From an uncultured virus (IMG/VR IMGVR_UViG_3300009068_003844) (lineage: Duplodnaviria; Heunggongvirae; Uroviricota; Caudoviricetes), in the IMG/VR virus record IMGVR_UViG_3300009068_003844: 64,000 bases of DNA; one strand, written 5' to 3'. This document shows positions 8,551-19,099 of the stretch, piece after piece. The notes beneath the pieces were generated by a model. That model was not told where the DNA came from. It did not search any database and saw nothing but the letters and a program-made list of their open reading frames with translations. The translations under genes were made by a program, and so were the position numbers. Each line of letters starts with the position of its first letter. Positions within the stretch are counted from its first letter, which is position 1.

Positions 8551-10725
8551 ATGAAGATCAATACGAACGGTTCCAATCTCAAGACTAACAACTTTAATGC
8601 CGAATCCATTGAATTTGGAATTGGCGATGTTAGCACTATCATTGATATCCTCCGAAATAGGCTTTATGCAAATCCTATTCGGACTCTGACTCAGGAATAT
8701 CTTTGCAATGCACGGGATAGCCACCGTGATTCAGGCAATAGTGATACTCCGGTTTCTGTTACGCTTCCCACCAAGTTGGATAGCGTTCTTAAGATCAGGG
8801 ATTATGGTACTGGTCTTAGTCCGGAACGTGTCAAGGATGTTTTCGTCAATTATGGAAGCAGCACAAAACGTGCCGATAATGTCCAGACTGGTGGTTTCGG
8901 CATCGGAGCCAAAAGTGCATGGGCATACACCGATAGTTTTACCATTCTTAGTTACTACAATGGTAAGCTTCGTTCATATATTGCCCATACCGGCAAGAAT
9001 AGCAATGGTACTCTTGAACTCATTAGTGAGGATGACACCAATGAACCCAATGGTGTCGAAGTCCAGATTCCAATTCGTGAGTCCGATATTGAACAGTTTG
9101 TCTATGCTGTTTATCGCTGCACTTTCTTTTGGGATGTAAAGCCGGAATTGAAGGGAATCACCAAACTGGAGATTCCTGCTTCTTGGCTAGATTCTAGTAA
9201 GAATATTTCATTCAAGAACGGCAATTGGTTTATACTTCATAAGGATGATTTCATCAAGCGTCTTTTTGATTCTTATCACGCTGACATCTTTGTCCTTATT
9301 GATAAGATCCCATATAGCATCAATAAATTTGCATCTCATGAACTTTCTGCCAATGTAAATGCTCTCAGGAATTCTTCATATGCAACTCATATGAGTTTTG
9401 TTGAAGTTGATAACGGAATTCTTGAAATCAGTGCTACTCGTGAAAGTGTTAGCGACAAGGATGATAGCAAGAAGAAGGTAAATGATATTTGCGGTGAGGC
9501 CATCAAGAGTCTTGTATCTTGTGTTGATGATGAACTTGGCAAGGATTTTGCCACTATTGAAGAATATATCAAGTTCTACTTTAGTGTGAAGTGTATCTTT
9601 AACTTTGCATCACTTCCAACAAAGATTGAGTTTGCCTTCAAGAAGGATGGTTTTGATTATAAGTATAATAGCGGTCGTCTTGTTTCTACGAGTTTTGATG
9701 GTTGCCGTATCAATAAGTATCACCTCAAGCAACAGAAGACTCGAAGCGTATTGAAGATTGAGGAAAACCATCCTATTGAGATTGATCAAGCCTTGAAGTC
9801 TTGTTTTATTCTTGATGATGGTCGAAACCCAAGATATACTATCAAAGAAAAGATCAAGAAGTATTTTGCGGACAACCAGAGCGTTACTGCGGTATATTGC
9901 ATCGAAGGTTATAACACCGATCAGCAAAAGCGTTTTACGGAACATCTTGGTGCTAAATATATGCTTGATCTTCCCCACAACAGGGTGAGTTACAAGCAAA
10001 AGAGAGAGGCTGGCAAGATTAGTTATCGGGAGATTATGCTTAGTAGTGCCTACAGCAGCAAGAAATTGGCTTCTGGTACTAAGAAGGATGTTACTCTCGA
10101 TGAAATCGAAAGTTCATCTAGTGAATTCGTTGTCGTTCCTTTCTCGGGCGATGAAATGTATCACGATGAAACTTTTGAAGATAATGTCAAGTTTATCATC
10201 AATCACGGCAAATATACCGTGATCAAGTGTTCTAAGAAGGATTATGCCTTGATCGTTGGTTCTGCGGACAATGTTCATACTTACGAAGATGTAATTGAGA
10301 GTTTTCCTGATTATATCGAAGTGGATGATAAGGTTATTGAGAACTTTGTTTATCGTCAAGCAAGCAACACTCTTGATTTTATGAGGAAGTTCATTGATAG
10401 AGTCGAATGTCCCAAACTCAGGGAATACTTTGAAATCAAGGGTGGAATCAAGGAAACGGGTAGGCCTGCTGCTCGTGCGGATATCCCCGACCGTATCATC
10501 AGCCTCTACCCACAGTATGCCACAATTAATGGCAATCTTGATAAGATGAATAAATTGGAGAACGAAATCAACTCAAAGTATCCGCTTCTGAGGTGTATCT
10601 CGACCGGCATGAATTATGGTTATGGATATTATGGTCACGGTCATGATCGTGATGAGGCTGGTCGTAAGAATAGGGAAATGAATGATCTTGTATTCTATAT
10701 CAATAATAAGTCCAAGGTGAACTAA
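8551..10725 (+). CDS. rIIA: rIIA-like protein with N-terminal GHKL ATPase domain
   Basis: LYANPIRTLTQEYLCNARDSH, IRDYGTGLS, YGSSTK, GGFGIGAKS; followed by an rIIB-like gene. Confidence 0.8.
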   Translation: MKINTNGSNLKTNNFNAESIEFGIGDVSTIIDILRNRLYANPIRTLTQEYLCNARDSHRDSGNSDTPVSVTLPTKLDSVLKIRDYGTGLSPERVKDVFVNYGSSTKRADNVQTGGFGIGAKSAWAYTDSFTILSYYNGKLRSYIAHTGKNSNGTLELISEDDTNEPNGVEVQIPIRESDIEQFVYAVYRCTFFWDVKPELKGITKLEIPASWLDSSKNISFKNGNWFILHKDDFIKRLFDSYHADIFVLIDKIPYSINKFASHELSANVNALRNSSYATHMSFVEVDNGILEISATRESVSDKDDSKKKVNDICGEAIKSLVSCVDDELGKDFATIEEYIKFYFSVKCIFNFASLPTKIEFAFKKDGFDYKYNSGRLVSTSFDGCRINKYHLKQQKTRSVLKIEENHPIEIDQALKSCFILDDGRNPRYTIKEKIKKYFADNQSVTAVYCIEGYNTDQQKRFTEHLGAKYMLDLPHNRVSYKQKREAGKISYREIMLSSAYSSKKLASGTKKDVTLDEIESSSSEFVVVPFSGDEMYHDETFEDNVKFIINHGKYTVIKCSKKDYALIVGSADNVHTYEDVIESFPDYIEVDDKVIENFVYRQASNTLDFMRKFIDRVECPKLREYFEIKGGIKETGRPAARADIPDRIISLYPQYATINGNLDKMNKLENEINSKYPLLRCISTGMNYGYGYYGHGHDRDEAGRKNREMNDLVFYINNKSKVN

Positions 10726-10736
10726 GGAGATAAGCC

Positions 10737-11078
10737 GTGATCAAAGAAATATGGACAATCGTTTGTGGTGGAAGAAGCTTTGATAAGAACGATGAATTTT
10801 TTCAAACTAAACATACTTTTAGACTTGAAAAATATAAAGATAAAATCGAATGTGATATATTTAAGAACTACTACAAGGTCAAAGAAAATTTAATGTCCTT
10901 GATGAAGGAATTGAATGTCTTGGAGGATAGGATCAACGACAAATATCCGCTGATGCTGTGTGCGGGTATAAGCCCGAAAGGTTCCTTCCGGTACGGTATG
11001 ACACCAGAGCAGGTGGACGAGGAAAACGAAAAAATCCTAAAAGAATTGATCTTTTATATTAACTCTAAGAAATCATGA
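10737..11078 (+). CDS. Small protein resembling the C-terminus of the rIIA-like protein
   Basis: LEDRINDKYPLM..LIFYINSK versus rIIA LENEINSKYPLL..LVFYINNK. Confidence 0.6.
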   Translation: MIKEIWTIVCGGRSFDKNDEFFQTKHTFRLEKYKDKIECDIFKNYYKVKENLMSLMKELNVLEDRINDKYPLMLCAGISPKGSFRYGMTPEQVDEENEKILKELIFYINSKKS

Positions 11079-12400
11079 AATACTATCTTCTTTCCAATTC
11101 AATTGTTATAAATACTTCGGGTCAAACTTATACCATTAGCAATAATGACTATAGGTATGATAAGATTAAGACATACCTGAATGAAGGTAAGTTTGAATTG
11201 GTTGCGGATGCTATTAATCCTACCAAGAATCTCAATAAAGATGGTTTCACGGTTATTGATGGACTTGTCCATTATGGCAAGGATCCTATCCCGAGCATAT
11301 TGGGCAATCAGTTTCTTCTTTTCAAAGAAACAAGTTGGGTATTCAAAAGTCTTTTCAACTTCTGGTATAATCTAAAGAATAGGGTCGATGATCATGCTGC
11401 CTCTGAAATGATTCAGGCTCTTATTGAGAACAGTGCCTATCCTGTTACCGAGGATGGGTTCTATCTGATTTATTCAAACAACAATTCAGATCAGACAAAT
11501 AGTGTTTTGAATAAAAAGAATCAATCTGATTCTCATATTCATTTTTATAATATTGCTAATTGTCCCGAGAAATATTTCACAGCATTTAGCAATCGTAAAA
11601 ATCTTGATGAGGTTCTTGAAAGTGTTTTCGGATTTAGTGCTAAGAAACTCAAGAAACTTGCACTGCAGAATATTTTCAAGCCTGATAATAATTTCTTGGA
11701 CTATAGGTTTTTCTTTTTTGGAGAAGCCTTCAAGGATGCTCTTCATGCAGACAATCTTTATGAAGTTATTGAAAAGAATATCTTTAACGTTGACTTCGGA
11801 GATATTGCCGGCTATAGCGGTTTGAATAGTTTTATTAAAGATTACACAAGAGAAAAAGACGGATCTTACAACCAAAAGAAAATCCTTAATTTTCTCAAGA
11901 GTTCAACTCGTCAGGCCGCATTCATTGAAATCGGGGATCAATACCCAAGGTTGAAGGAAACCATTAACCTGGACGTTCAACAGGTTGGTCTTGTAAACAA
12001 CGCAGATGAAATCCTTAACTATCTTAACAAGGAAACTGCCAAGTTGCAGGATCCCGAATTCGATCTTAAAATCAAGGAAAATTTCCCTGACTTTTGGAGT
12101 CTCAATGAACATGAAGTTGACGATATGAGATTGTTGATGCCCAATACAAATTACGATCTCAAAGAGTGGACTAATATTATGCAGAACTGCATCCACGGTT
12201 ATGCTGACAATGTTTTGAAGGCCAAGACAGTTGTATTTGCAGTCATGGACAAGAATACCAATGAAATGATTTATAATGTTGAAGTTGCAAGAAAGAACAT
12301 TGTTCAGTTCAAGGCTCGTGGAAATAATGAGCCCAAAAAAGCAGATATGAAAAAGATTTGCAGCCTGTTAGCGGATCGTGGTCTGCTTTTCAAAGAGTGA
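11075..12400 (+). CDS. rIIB-like N-terminal region fused to a PcfJ-like C-terminal domain
   Basis: N-term YTISNND..DGLVHY..LFNFWYNL..YPVTEDG (rIIB-like); C-term MQNCIHGY..YNVEV..IVQFKARGN (PcfJ-like). Confidence 0.6.
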   Translation: MKYYLLSNSIVINTSGQTYTISNNDYRYDKIKTYLNEGKFELVADAINPTKNLNKDGFTVIDGLVHYGKDPIPSILGNQFLLFKETSWVFKSLFNFWYNLKNRVDDHAASEMIQALIENSAYPVTEDGFYLIYSNNNSDQTNSVLNKKNQSDSHIHFYNIANCPEKYFTAFSNRKNLDEVLESVFGFSAKKLKKLALQNIFKPDNNFLDYRFFFFGEAFKDALHADNLYEVIEKNIFNVDFGDIAGYSGLNSFIKDYTREKDGSYNQKKILNFLKSSTRQAAFIEIGDQYPRLKETINLDVQQVGLVNNADEILNYLNKETAKLQDPEFDLKIKENFPDFWSLNEHEVDDMRLLMPNTNYDLKEWTNIMQNCIHGYADNVLKAKTVVFAVMDKNTNEMIYNVEVARKNIVQFKARGNNEPKKADMKKICSLLADRGLLFKE

Positions 12401-13360
12401 TATATTAAATATAACAAGTTATATTCAGGTGATAAAATGAAAGTTTATGTAGTATTTGATTTCCCCGAAATTAAAGATGCTAATAGCGAGGACGCTACTT
12501 TTGCTATTGATAGTCTTAGTGGTGATTTGAAAGAATTTGCCAAGGATGGAGAATATGATTGGTATATTGATGATGCTACGGAGAATTAATGAAAACCACC
12601 GAATTAGAATTAACAAAAACTGAACTTCGTTATTTAGCCGACTTGGTTATCGGCAACATACAAGATGGTAATTATTGGGGCAATAAAGATCAATTTACCA
12701 AAAATCAAAACAAAGTTTTTTCCAAATTGTGTGAAATTGGTATTGAGTTTGGTCTCGATATAGACTCATGGGTGACTAGGGAGCATTATTAAAGTTAACA
12801 TAATGGCTAAAAAAAATAAAAAAAATAAACTCATGGAGGGCTCCAAAAAACAATTGGAGGCACTTAAAGCAAAATACGGTCATAGCATCAATCATGTTGA
12901 TGTTACCCTCCCAATGACTTACAACGAAGTCCAGAGTTATTTTGGGCCTCCATGCGAAGAATACGAGCCTCTATGCGGCTGTTGCCGTGCTTGGGTTGAA
13001 TGGCAAACCTCCGGCCAGAGAGTCACCATCACTTTGGATAGGGAGGAAGTTCTGAGAAGTATTAATCCTCTTATGATGGATTGATTAAACATATTAAATG
13101 TGCTACAATAAGCACATGCCAAAATACTATGTAAAATATAGAAATAAATCACTCATCACAGACCAATCAGATCCAGAAGAGGCAGCATATTGCCTTATTC
13201 TTATATTGGGTCCGCAATGGATATGCAGCCATTCAGACTACATTCATGTTGATGAACGTGGATTCAGAACAGAAGAAGCAGAAAATAAATTTGAATTTAC
13301 AAGTTTATTAGAAAAAGTTTATAGAAAAAGGTACCCAGAGTGATCTGGATACCTTTTTTT

Positions 13361-13615
13361 TTATTTATCTTCATCGCTTTTATAAACATTTTCTGCAAAT
13401 GGATTGTTTACTGCAACTACTTTAACGTTGTTGTCTCCTATTGTAAGCATTCTAAAACGCTTGATTAATTGGTCTCTATTTGGCTCATCCTTTAGAGCAA
13501 ATACAGCAATGTTTGAATTGCTTGGCCAAGGAATTTTTTTGTTTATTCTTGACACATAATAAACAAATGTTTCTTTATCCTTGCTTGAATCCACAATCTC
13601 TAAGTTATTGTTCAT
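13361..13615 (-). CDS. Hypothetical protein
   Basis: ORF with GGAGG RBS and upstream TAAATA. Confidence 0.6.
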   Translation of the reverse strand: MNNNLEIVDSSKDKETFVYYVSRINKKIPWPSNSNIAVFALKDEPNRDQLIKRFRMLTIGDNNVKVVAVNNPFAENVYKSDEDK

Positions 13616-13755
13616 CTTTACCTCCTTGATAAAAGTTTGAACTACATAGTATTTATCCTTCTGATAATAATTTTGAAATTTACTCTTTACTAAAATAAAA
13701 TTTTACACTATAATATTTGAAGAACTTTATTAATTTAAAAAGAAAGAAAGAAAAT

Positions 13756-14046
13756 ATGAGCAAAGTTAAACAGTGTTCACCATGTGGATATCAAGTATTA
13801 CTTGAACTTTTAAGTGCCCAAGAAATGCTTGGTACAAAGATTATTTTAAATGAAGCCTCTAAGACAATGCGGGATTTCCAGGCAATTGTATTGGCGGTTG
13901 GACCAATGCTTAAAGAAGATTACGGATTCAAGGTTGGCGACAGAGTATTGCTATCTGGCACTGGCGTACCCGTCCCAAATTATGATGATAGCGAAAGAGA
14001 TAAGGTTCTAATGGAACCGCAATCAATAAAAGCAGTTCTTTCTTGA
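13756..14046 (+). CDS. groES: GroES/Cpn10-like co-chaperonin
   Basis: PCGYQVLLE, IIL, AIVLAVGP, FKVGDRVLL, IKAVL. Confidence 0.75.
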   Translation: MSKVKQCSPCGYQVLLELLSAQEMLGTKIILNEASKTMRDFQAIVLAVGPMLKEDYGFKVGDRVLLSGTGVPVPNYDDSERDKVLMEPQSIKAVLS

Positions 14047-14106
14047 TTTTTGATTTAAAAAAGACTATATTAAACTTAACAATTCTTTTAAAAAAAGGAG
14101 TAAAAA

Positions 14107-14517
14107 ATGATTGATGTTTCTAATGTTAATGATGCGCTACCAATTTTAATGAAAGATGATTCAACGTTTGAATCACTTAAATCAGATTTCCCAGATATTC
14201 TTGCAGATTTAGTTACGTTTAGAACAAATCCAAACTGCAGTTGCAGAGGAAGAGTGGTCAAGTTCTTTACAACTAAATTAGAGGAGTCTCCAGGAGTACT
14301 TAACAAGTATATTAAAGACCCCAATTCTCTAAATACTGAGCTTCAAAAAATAAAAACTCAGAGAATTGACAATAATTACTCAGGTAGGATTTTGACTGTC
14401 AGTAAGGGAGATGAGGCTTGGAAGACTTTTGCACAAGAAATTACAAGTGGTGGGAAGTATTTCCGTGCATTTAGTGTTGTAGAAAATGGAGATTCACTAA
14501 AAGTATATTTTCTATGA
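14107..14517 (+). CDS. Hypothetical protein (NPNCSC motif)
   Basis: ORF with GGAG RBS. Confidence 0.6.
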   Translation: MIDVSNVNDALPILMKDDSTFESLKSDFPDILADLVTFRTNPNCSCRGRVVKFFTTKLEESPGVLNKYIKDPNSLNTELQKIKTQRIDNNYSGRILTVSKGDEAWKTFAQEITSGGKYFRAFSVVENGDSLKVYFL

Positions 14518-14801
14518 TTTTTTTAATCTATTTAATAACTTGTTTGGGAGTTGCTTATGGTTGGAGCGATACTGATGCAAGTGTTCCTTTTAGGAACATG
14601 GTGGCAAAAGTTCCATACATAAGAACAGCTTTGTTGTGTCACGAATGTAGTAGTTTTTGGATTAGTCTCTTTGTGAGTTTGTTTATTAATCCCCTCCAAG
14701 ATACCACATATCCAGGAGTGAGCAATATTTTTTCTGCTTTTTGTGGATTTTTCATAAATTTGTATTTTGTCAGAAAAAAAATAATTCCATACAAGGATTA
14801 A
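14514..14801 (+). CDS. Small membrane protein with CxxC..FW motif (DUF1360-like)
   Basis: Hydrophobic segments, LLCHECSSFWISL. Confidence 0.5.
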   Translation: MIFLIYLITCLGVAYGWSDTDASVPFRNMVAKVPYIRTALLCHECSSFWISLFVSLFINPLQDTTYPGVSNIFSAFCGFFINLYFVRKKIIPYKD

Positions 14802-14857
14802 TTTTTTCGTTTTAAATACCGATAGCATAAATATTATAAAGGAAAATTATAATATTT

Positions 14858-15454
14858 ATGCTGTCTTATTTTGAATTCTATAGCGAGCAAGGAAATCCAA
14901 TAGTACAAAAGGGGCTATTCAATAGAGCCACCAGTTTTAAATTATTGGATGAAGTAAATAAGCCGAAGCCCATATACGCCTCCAGGTGGATGATAAGAAG
15001 GGATATAGAGGCTGTTGCCGAAATAGCTTGTCGTGGTAAGGCCCAATCTGAAAAGAAGCGAATAAAGAAAGATTTGGAGGATTCTTTAAGCGATCCTAAT
15101 ATGCTCGGCTTGGTTTGTGAAGATAAAGATGGAGAAATAATAGGTTTTGTCATCTTTGCTTCAACAAATACATTTTATCAAATCTTGATTTTAAATACAA
15201 AAAAGGATGCAAAAAAAGTAATCGAAAGTTTACTCTCTAGAATATTCGAAAAACTAGGCAGCCAAGGCACCCCAAGACAAAAATGTAAAGTAGTTATAAA
15301 AGACAACAAAAATAGTCCATCTTGGTGGTATAAATTATTAAAGGATTATGGGTTCGACGGCAGAGAAGTAGGCGAGCAATGGATATTTATTTATTATAGT
15401 CAAAAAGGTTTTGGAGACGACTTTGCCCAAGGACTTATTGAAGACGATAGTTAA
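14858..15454 (+). CDS. GNAT/RimI-like acetyltransferase (divergent)
   Basis: RWMIRRDIEAVAEI, GLVCEDKDGEIIGFVIF, LLKDYGF. Confidence 0.55.
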   Translation: MLSYFEFYSEQGNPIVQKGLFNRATSFKLLDEVNKPKPIYASRWMIRRDIEAVAEIACRGKAQSEKKRIKKDLEDSLSDPNMLGLVCEDKDGEIIGFVIFASTNTFYQILILNTKKDAKKVIESLLSRIFEKLGSQGTPRQKCKVVIKDNKNSPSWWYKLLKDYGFDGREVGEQWIFIYYSQKGFGDDFAQGLIEDDS

Positions 15455-15461
15455 AGAAATC

Positions 15462-15480
15462 CTTTCCCTCCGGTACGGTT
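15462..15480 (+). promoter_or_regulatory. Phage motif copy CTTTCCCTCCGGTACGGTT
   Basis: Intergenic, 20 nt before 15500 start. Confidence 0.7.
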
Positions 15481-15499
15481 CCTGTTCAGGAGAGAAGCC

Positions 15500-16039
15500 G
15501 TGCAAATTCTAGAAAACTATAAATTCAAATCAAAGTCTGGCGAAGTCTTTGTTAAAGACTATTCATTTAACAAATTCGTGAAAGACTTCCCTGAATTCTC
15601 TGATTTACTACTCAGAATGAAAACTCATCTGAATAATGATCATAAATATTATCTTGTGGATCTAATCATTAAAGACCACAAGAAAAATCAAAAGACTTGT
15701 GTCGATGTTCGCTATCATGTTGATGGTGAATATGAAAGCAATAATCAATATTGTCTTTGGGTTAGCGGGCCAAATAGAACTTTGTTCCCTAAAGAACAAT
15801 TTAATTTAGAGGGTTTTCCAAGTTCGAGAGATGAGCAGAATAAATTTCTGGAGCTACTTCTAAAGGACAAAGAATCTTTTGAAGTGCCCGAGGAAACTTT
15901 TGTTGTATACTCCAGTAAAGATCCCCATAAAGGTGTTGTTTGCGAAAAGGATGGCCGACGAATCTTTGTGCGTTTAATGGCAACAGATTACATAAAGCCA
16001 AAGAATTTTATCAAGAAGAGTTTCTCTCAGGTACGGTAG
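15500..16039 (+). CDS. Possible 2OG-Fe(II) oxygenase-like protein
   Basis: YHVDG (HxD), distal PHKG and RIFVR arrangement. Confidence 0.4.
   Translation: MQILENYKFKSKSGEVFVKDYSFNKFVKDFPEFSDLLLRMKTHLNNDHKYYLVDLIIKDHKKNQKTCVDVRYHVDGEYESNNQYCLWVSGPNRTLFPKEQFNLEGFPSSRDEQNKFLELLLKDKESFEVPEETFVVYSSKDPHKGVVCEKDGRRIFVRLMATDYIKPKNFIKKSFSQVR
16020..16038 (+). promoter_or_regulatory. Phage motif copy GTTTCTCTCAGGTACGGTA
   Basis: At a gene end, before the next ORFs. Confidence 0.6.
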
Positions 16040-16250
16040 TCTCTTGTCAGAGAGACTCAAAAAACAATAGAGAGAAACATGAAAGATAAAGATTGGATCG
16101 ACCAGAAGGTTCTTGAAAAGGTCATTAAGAAGAATTACGTTAATAACAAGAATAGTTTTTGCAGCGAGTGCGGTGCGTATACAAAGGAAAAGGTTTGTAG
16201 GGATTGCCTTGTTGAAAATGAATACTTGGAGTATGTAAAGTAAAGTAATT

Positions 16251-16880
16251 ATGTACGATAGTTTTAAATATCTTTATCCGCCTCGCCCGGAAAATGCCCT
16301 GCCGCCGGATAGAATCCCGGTGTTTGAAAAGTCGGGGTATACTGGGCAATACAAGAAGAATGGCACTTGTAGCATCTTTGCAATCAATCATCCCAAAGAT
16401 TTTATTGCAATGACTCGCCACAATGATAACCATAAACAGTGGGAATTTTCCAACTATTTTAGGGATTGTTTCACAAAGTATCTTCCGGCCGATAAGTGGC
16501 ACGTTCTTGTTGGTGAAGTAATTCACAGCAAAACAACCAGCATCAAGGACACTGTTTATATCTTTGATATTATCGTCCATAACTCCGAAGAACTTTATGG
16601 AAAGACTTTTACTGAACGGCAGAATCTTCTGAGAGATATTTTCCATCCTGAAAATAAAAAAGAAGAATACAGCCACTTTGAAATTGAGCCAAGATTTTGG
16701 CTTGCAAAAAATATCGAAGAAGGTATCCTAGATCTCTTCAACAATATCAAAGATAAAGATGTTGATGAAGGCTTTGTGTTAAAAAAGAGAGATAGCGTCC
16801 TAAAGGATTGTGCTGGTCAAAAAAGCAATAATAGTTGGCAAATAAAATTCCGTCATCCTTCAAGGAAGTATAGGTTTTAA
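16251..16880 (+). CDS. Ligase/capping-enzyme-family nucleotidyltransferase domain protein
   Basis: QYKKNGT (KxNG motif I), LVGEV, IFDII, DEGFVLK, WQIKFR; no OB domain. Confidence 0.7.
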   Translation: MYDSFKYLYPPRPENALPPDRIPVFEKSGYTGQYKKNGTCSIFAINHPKDFIAMTRHNDNHKQWEFSNYFRDCFTKYLPADKWHVLVGEVIHSKTTSIKDTVYIFDIIVHNSEELYGKTFTERQNLLRDIFHPENKKEEYSHFEIEPRFWLAKNIEEGILDLFNNIKDKDVDEGFVLKKRDSVLKDCAGQKSNNSWQIKFRHPSRKYRF

Positions 16881-16881
16881 A

Positions 16882-17616
16882 ATGCTCGAGTTTTATAAGA
16901 ATAACGATATCAGGGAAACTCTCAAGAGTATCATTAGCGATAGGCAACTTATCAGTTCATTGTTCAGGAGTGTTCCCGAGCTTAATTCAATTGGCTTCTC
17001 TGTAACCAATGAATATGATGATAGCAATTACTACGATAGTGTAAGACTTGAAAGCGTCAATGGTTATTCTTGGAGTCCTTATGAAGATTGCTATGATGAT
17101 GAACTAGAGGATTATGATGGTGTAAGTAACAATCCTAGTGGTAAGAAGCTAGATAGGGAAATTGTACAGGCTTGTGCGAGTTTAATTGAAGAAGTAGGCA
17201 AAGATTTTGGATACGGAGATGAAAACTCTCTTCTAAGATCGGATTACACCTCGCCCAGTTATACAACTAAGCCCAATAGAGAATTTAATAGGTTTATTCT
17301 CGATCTTGCTGCCGGAAATAAGTTAGAGGATGAATCTGTTCTGGCTAAGATTGCATCAAAATTTGATCCAAAGTGGGCTTTATATTATGCCTTTGATCAT
17401 GGAAGGCTAAGTAAAGAAACTGAGGATAAGATCTTCCTTAAAAAGGGAAACATGAGGGAAGCCTATCTCTATAGTGTTCATGTTTTAAAGGATGTTCTTC
17501 CAAAGAACATTGAGGATTTTCATATTCTTAATTGTTTTGGAAAGAAAAAAGAATCCGAAGACAAGGAATATCTTAATAGTTATCTGGAGTTTAAAAAAAC
17601 ATTGGTGGTTGAATAA
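16882..17616 (+). CDS. Hypothetical protein
   Basis: 244-aa ORF; C-terminal AYLYSVHVLKDVLP resembles the helical repeat family in this window. Confidence 0.65.
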   Translation: MLEFYKNNDIRETLKSIISDRQLISSLFRSVPELNSIGFSVTNEYDDSNYYDSVRLESVNGYSWSPYEDCYDDELEDYDGVSNNPSGKKLDREIVQACASLIEEVGKDFGYGDENSLLRSDYTSPSYTTKPNREFNRFILDLAAGNKLEDESVLAKIASKFDPKWALYYAFDHGRLSKETEDKIFLKKGNMREAYLYSVHVLKDVLPKNIEDFHILNCFGKKKESEDKEYLNSYLEFKKTLVVE

Positions 17617-17969
17617 TTTTCAACCTTATCAAAAAATCTAACTTCTGCTAATTCTGATCCTACTACTTTTTTGTTTTCATATTCTTTACCTACAACTATA
17701 ATGTCTACTTGTTGATCATATAATAGTTTCCTCATCTCTTCTTCACTATCAAATATAAAGACATTATCCACGTATTTGATAGTGAGAAGAAATTCTTTTC
17801 TATTTTCTTCTTTATTAAAAGGTCTGTCTTTGCCTTTTAATAAAGAAACTCTTTGATCGCTGTCTATTCCAACAATCAATCTGTCTCCAAGACTCTTTGC
17901 ATATCTCATAAGCCTAATATGGCCTATATGCAAAATATCGTAGCATCCGTTAGTCCAGATTGTTTTCAT
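17580..17969 (-). CDS. RfaE domain II-like (heptose-1-P adenylyl/cytidylyltransferase)
   Basis: TNGCYDILHIGH, LIVGIDSD, KGKDRP, YSTT. Confidence 0.85.
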   Translation of the reverse strand: MKTIWTNGCYDILHIGHIRLMRYAKSLGDRLIVGIDSDQRVSLLKGKDRPFNKEENRKEFLLTIKYVDNVFIFDSEEEMRKLLYDQQVDIIVVGKEYENKKVVGSELAEVRFFDKVENYSTTNVFLNSR

Positions 17970-18706
17970 GGAGTTGATACTCCAAATTGACGGACTACCT
18001 TCAAAGAGCATTGATTTGCGAATCTTATGCTCTTTTCTATTTTATTAGTTTTTAGGTAGCCCACAACAAGGGCGGCAAGAAAAGTATCTCCTGCGCCGCA
18101 AACATCTCTAATTTCAACTTTCCTTGTTGGATATTTTTTTATTTTTTGTTTGTGGAAGTGTATTGCCCCATTCTCCCCGTCTGTAACTACTAGGTGGCAA
18201 CAGTCAGGGAATTTTAAGCCTTGAATGTTATTCAGGTATTCTTTTTGATTTACCTTCAAGAAGTCAATAAAGGATAAATCTTTTGGTTTTCTTTTTGTAT
18301 CCACGAACCTAACAGCACTGTTTTTGCATATAAGTTCTAAATCAGGTTCTTGTAAAAACCCTTTGTTATAATCTGATATTACTATTGCATCATATTTTTG
18401 ATGTTTGTATTTTTTAGTGTTTATTCTTTCGCAATTATCGTGAATATCTTCTCTAAAGACTATTGAGTTATATCTTGTATCAATAAATCTTCTTTTTATT
18501 ATCTTTTGTTTATTTGTTATTAAATCCACATCTGCAGAAGGCAATAAAGAAAGAATATTTCTAACGACATTTGCTGCCATGCCATCTGTCGAGTTCTTCT
18601 TTCCATTATTTTTAAAACACAATGCAGGAGCTTCTGGACATACTCTTTCGCATGTCCCGTAGATGTATTCATCAGAGCAGGATTCGCCAACTACTAATAT
18701 TCTCAT
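17966..18706 (-). CDS. RfaE domain I-like PfkB-family sugar (heptose-7-P) kinase
   Basis: ILVVGE, ERVCPEAP, ISDYNKG, DVCGAGDTF. Confidence 0.85.
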   Translation of the reverse strand: MRILVVGESCSDEYIYGTCERVCPEAPALCFKNNGKKNSTDGMAANVVRNILSLLPSADVDLITNKQKIIKRRFIDTRYNSIVFREDIHDNCERINTKKYKHQKYDAIVISDYNKGFLQEPDLELICKNSAVRFVDTKRKPKDLSFIDFLKVNQKEYLNNIQGLKFPDCCHLVVTDGENGAIHFHKQKIKKYPTRKVEIRDVCGAGDTFLAALVVGYLKTNKIEKSIRFANQCSLKVVRQFGVSTP

Positions 18707-18720
18707 ATCCCCATTTTTTG

Positions 18721-18748
18721 TTGACTATTTTATTATCCACAGTATAAT
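18721..18748 (+). promoter_or_regulatory. Sigma70-like promoter TTGACT-16-TATAAT
   Basis: Directly before ATG 18755. Similar sites at 20972-20999, 21698-21725 and 30332-30359. Confidence 0.55.
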
Positions 18749-18754
18749 AATAGT

Positions 18755-19099
18755 ATGAAATGCCCAATTTGTCAACAAAAGATGGATCTTGTAGTTACTA
18801 GTCACAAAAACAAACCTTTTGTAGATAACAATCTATATCCAAAAATGTGTTTTGCTTGCTATAGTGTTCCTAAAACACTAAAGCAGACTCTAGATAAAGA
18901 AGGAAATATAAAAGAACAAATAGAATTGGAATACTCTATAGAAAATCTACATTCAGCCCAAGAACTTTTTGATCAAGGTTCTGCTGATAATCTTAATCAA
19001 GCAAAAAAATCAGTGCAGAGTGTAAAAGCTTTGAATGTTTTAAAAGTAAAAAAAGAAACTAAGAAAGATAAACCAAAATTAGACTGCCACTTGATCTAA
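18755..19099 (+). CDS. Zinc-ribbon hypothetical protein
   Basis: CPIC...CFAC. Confidence 0.6.
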   Translation: MKCPICQQKMDLVVTSHKNKPFVDNNLYPKMCFACYSVPKTLKQTLDKEGNIKEQIELEYSIENLHSAQELFDQGSADNLNQAKKSVQSVKALNVLKVKKETKKDKPKLDCHLI

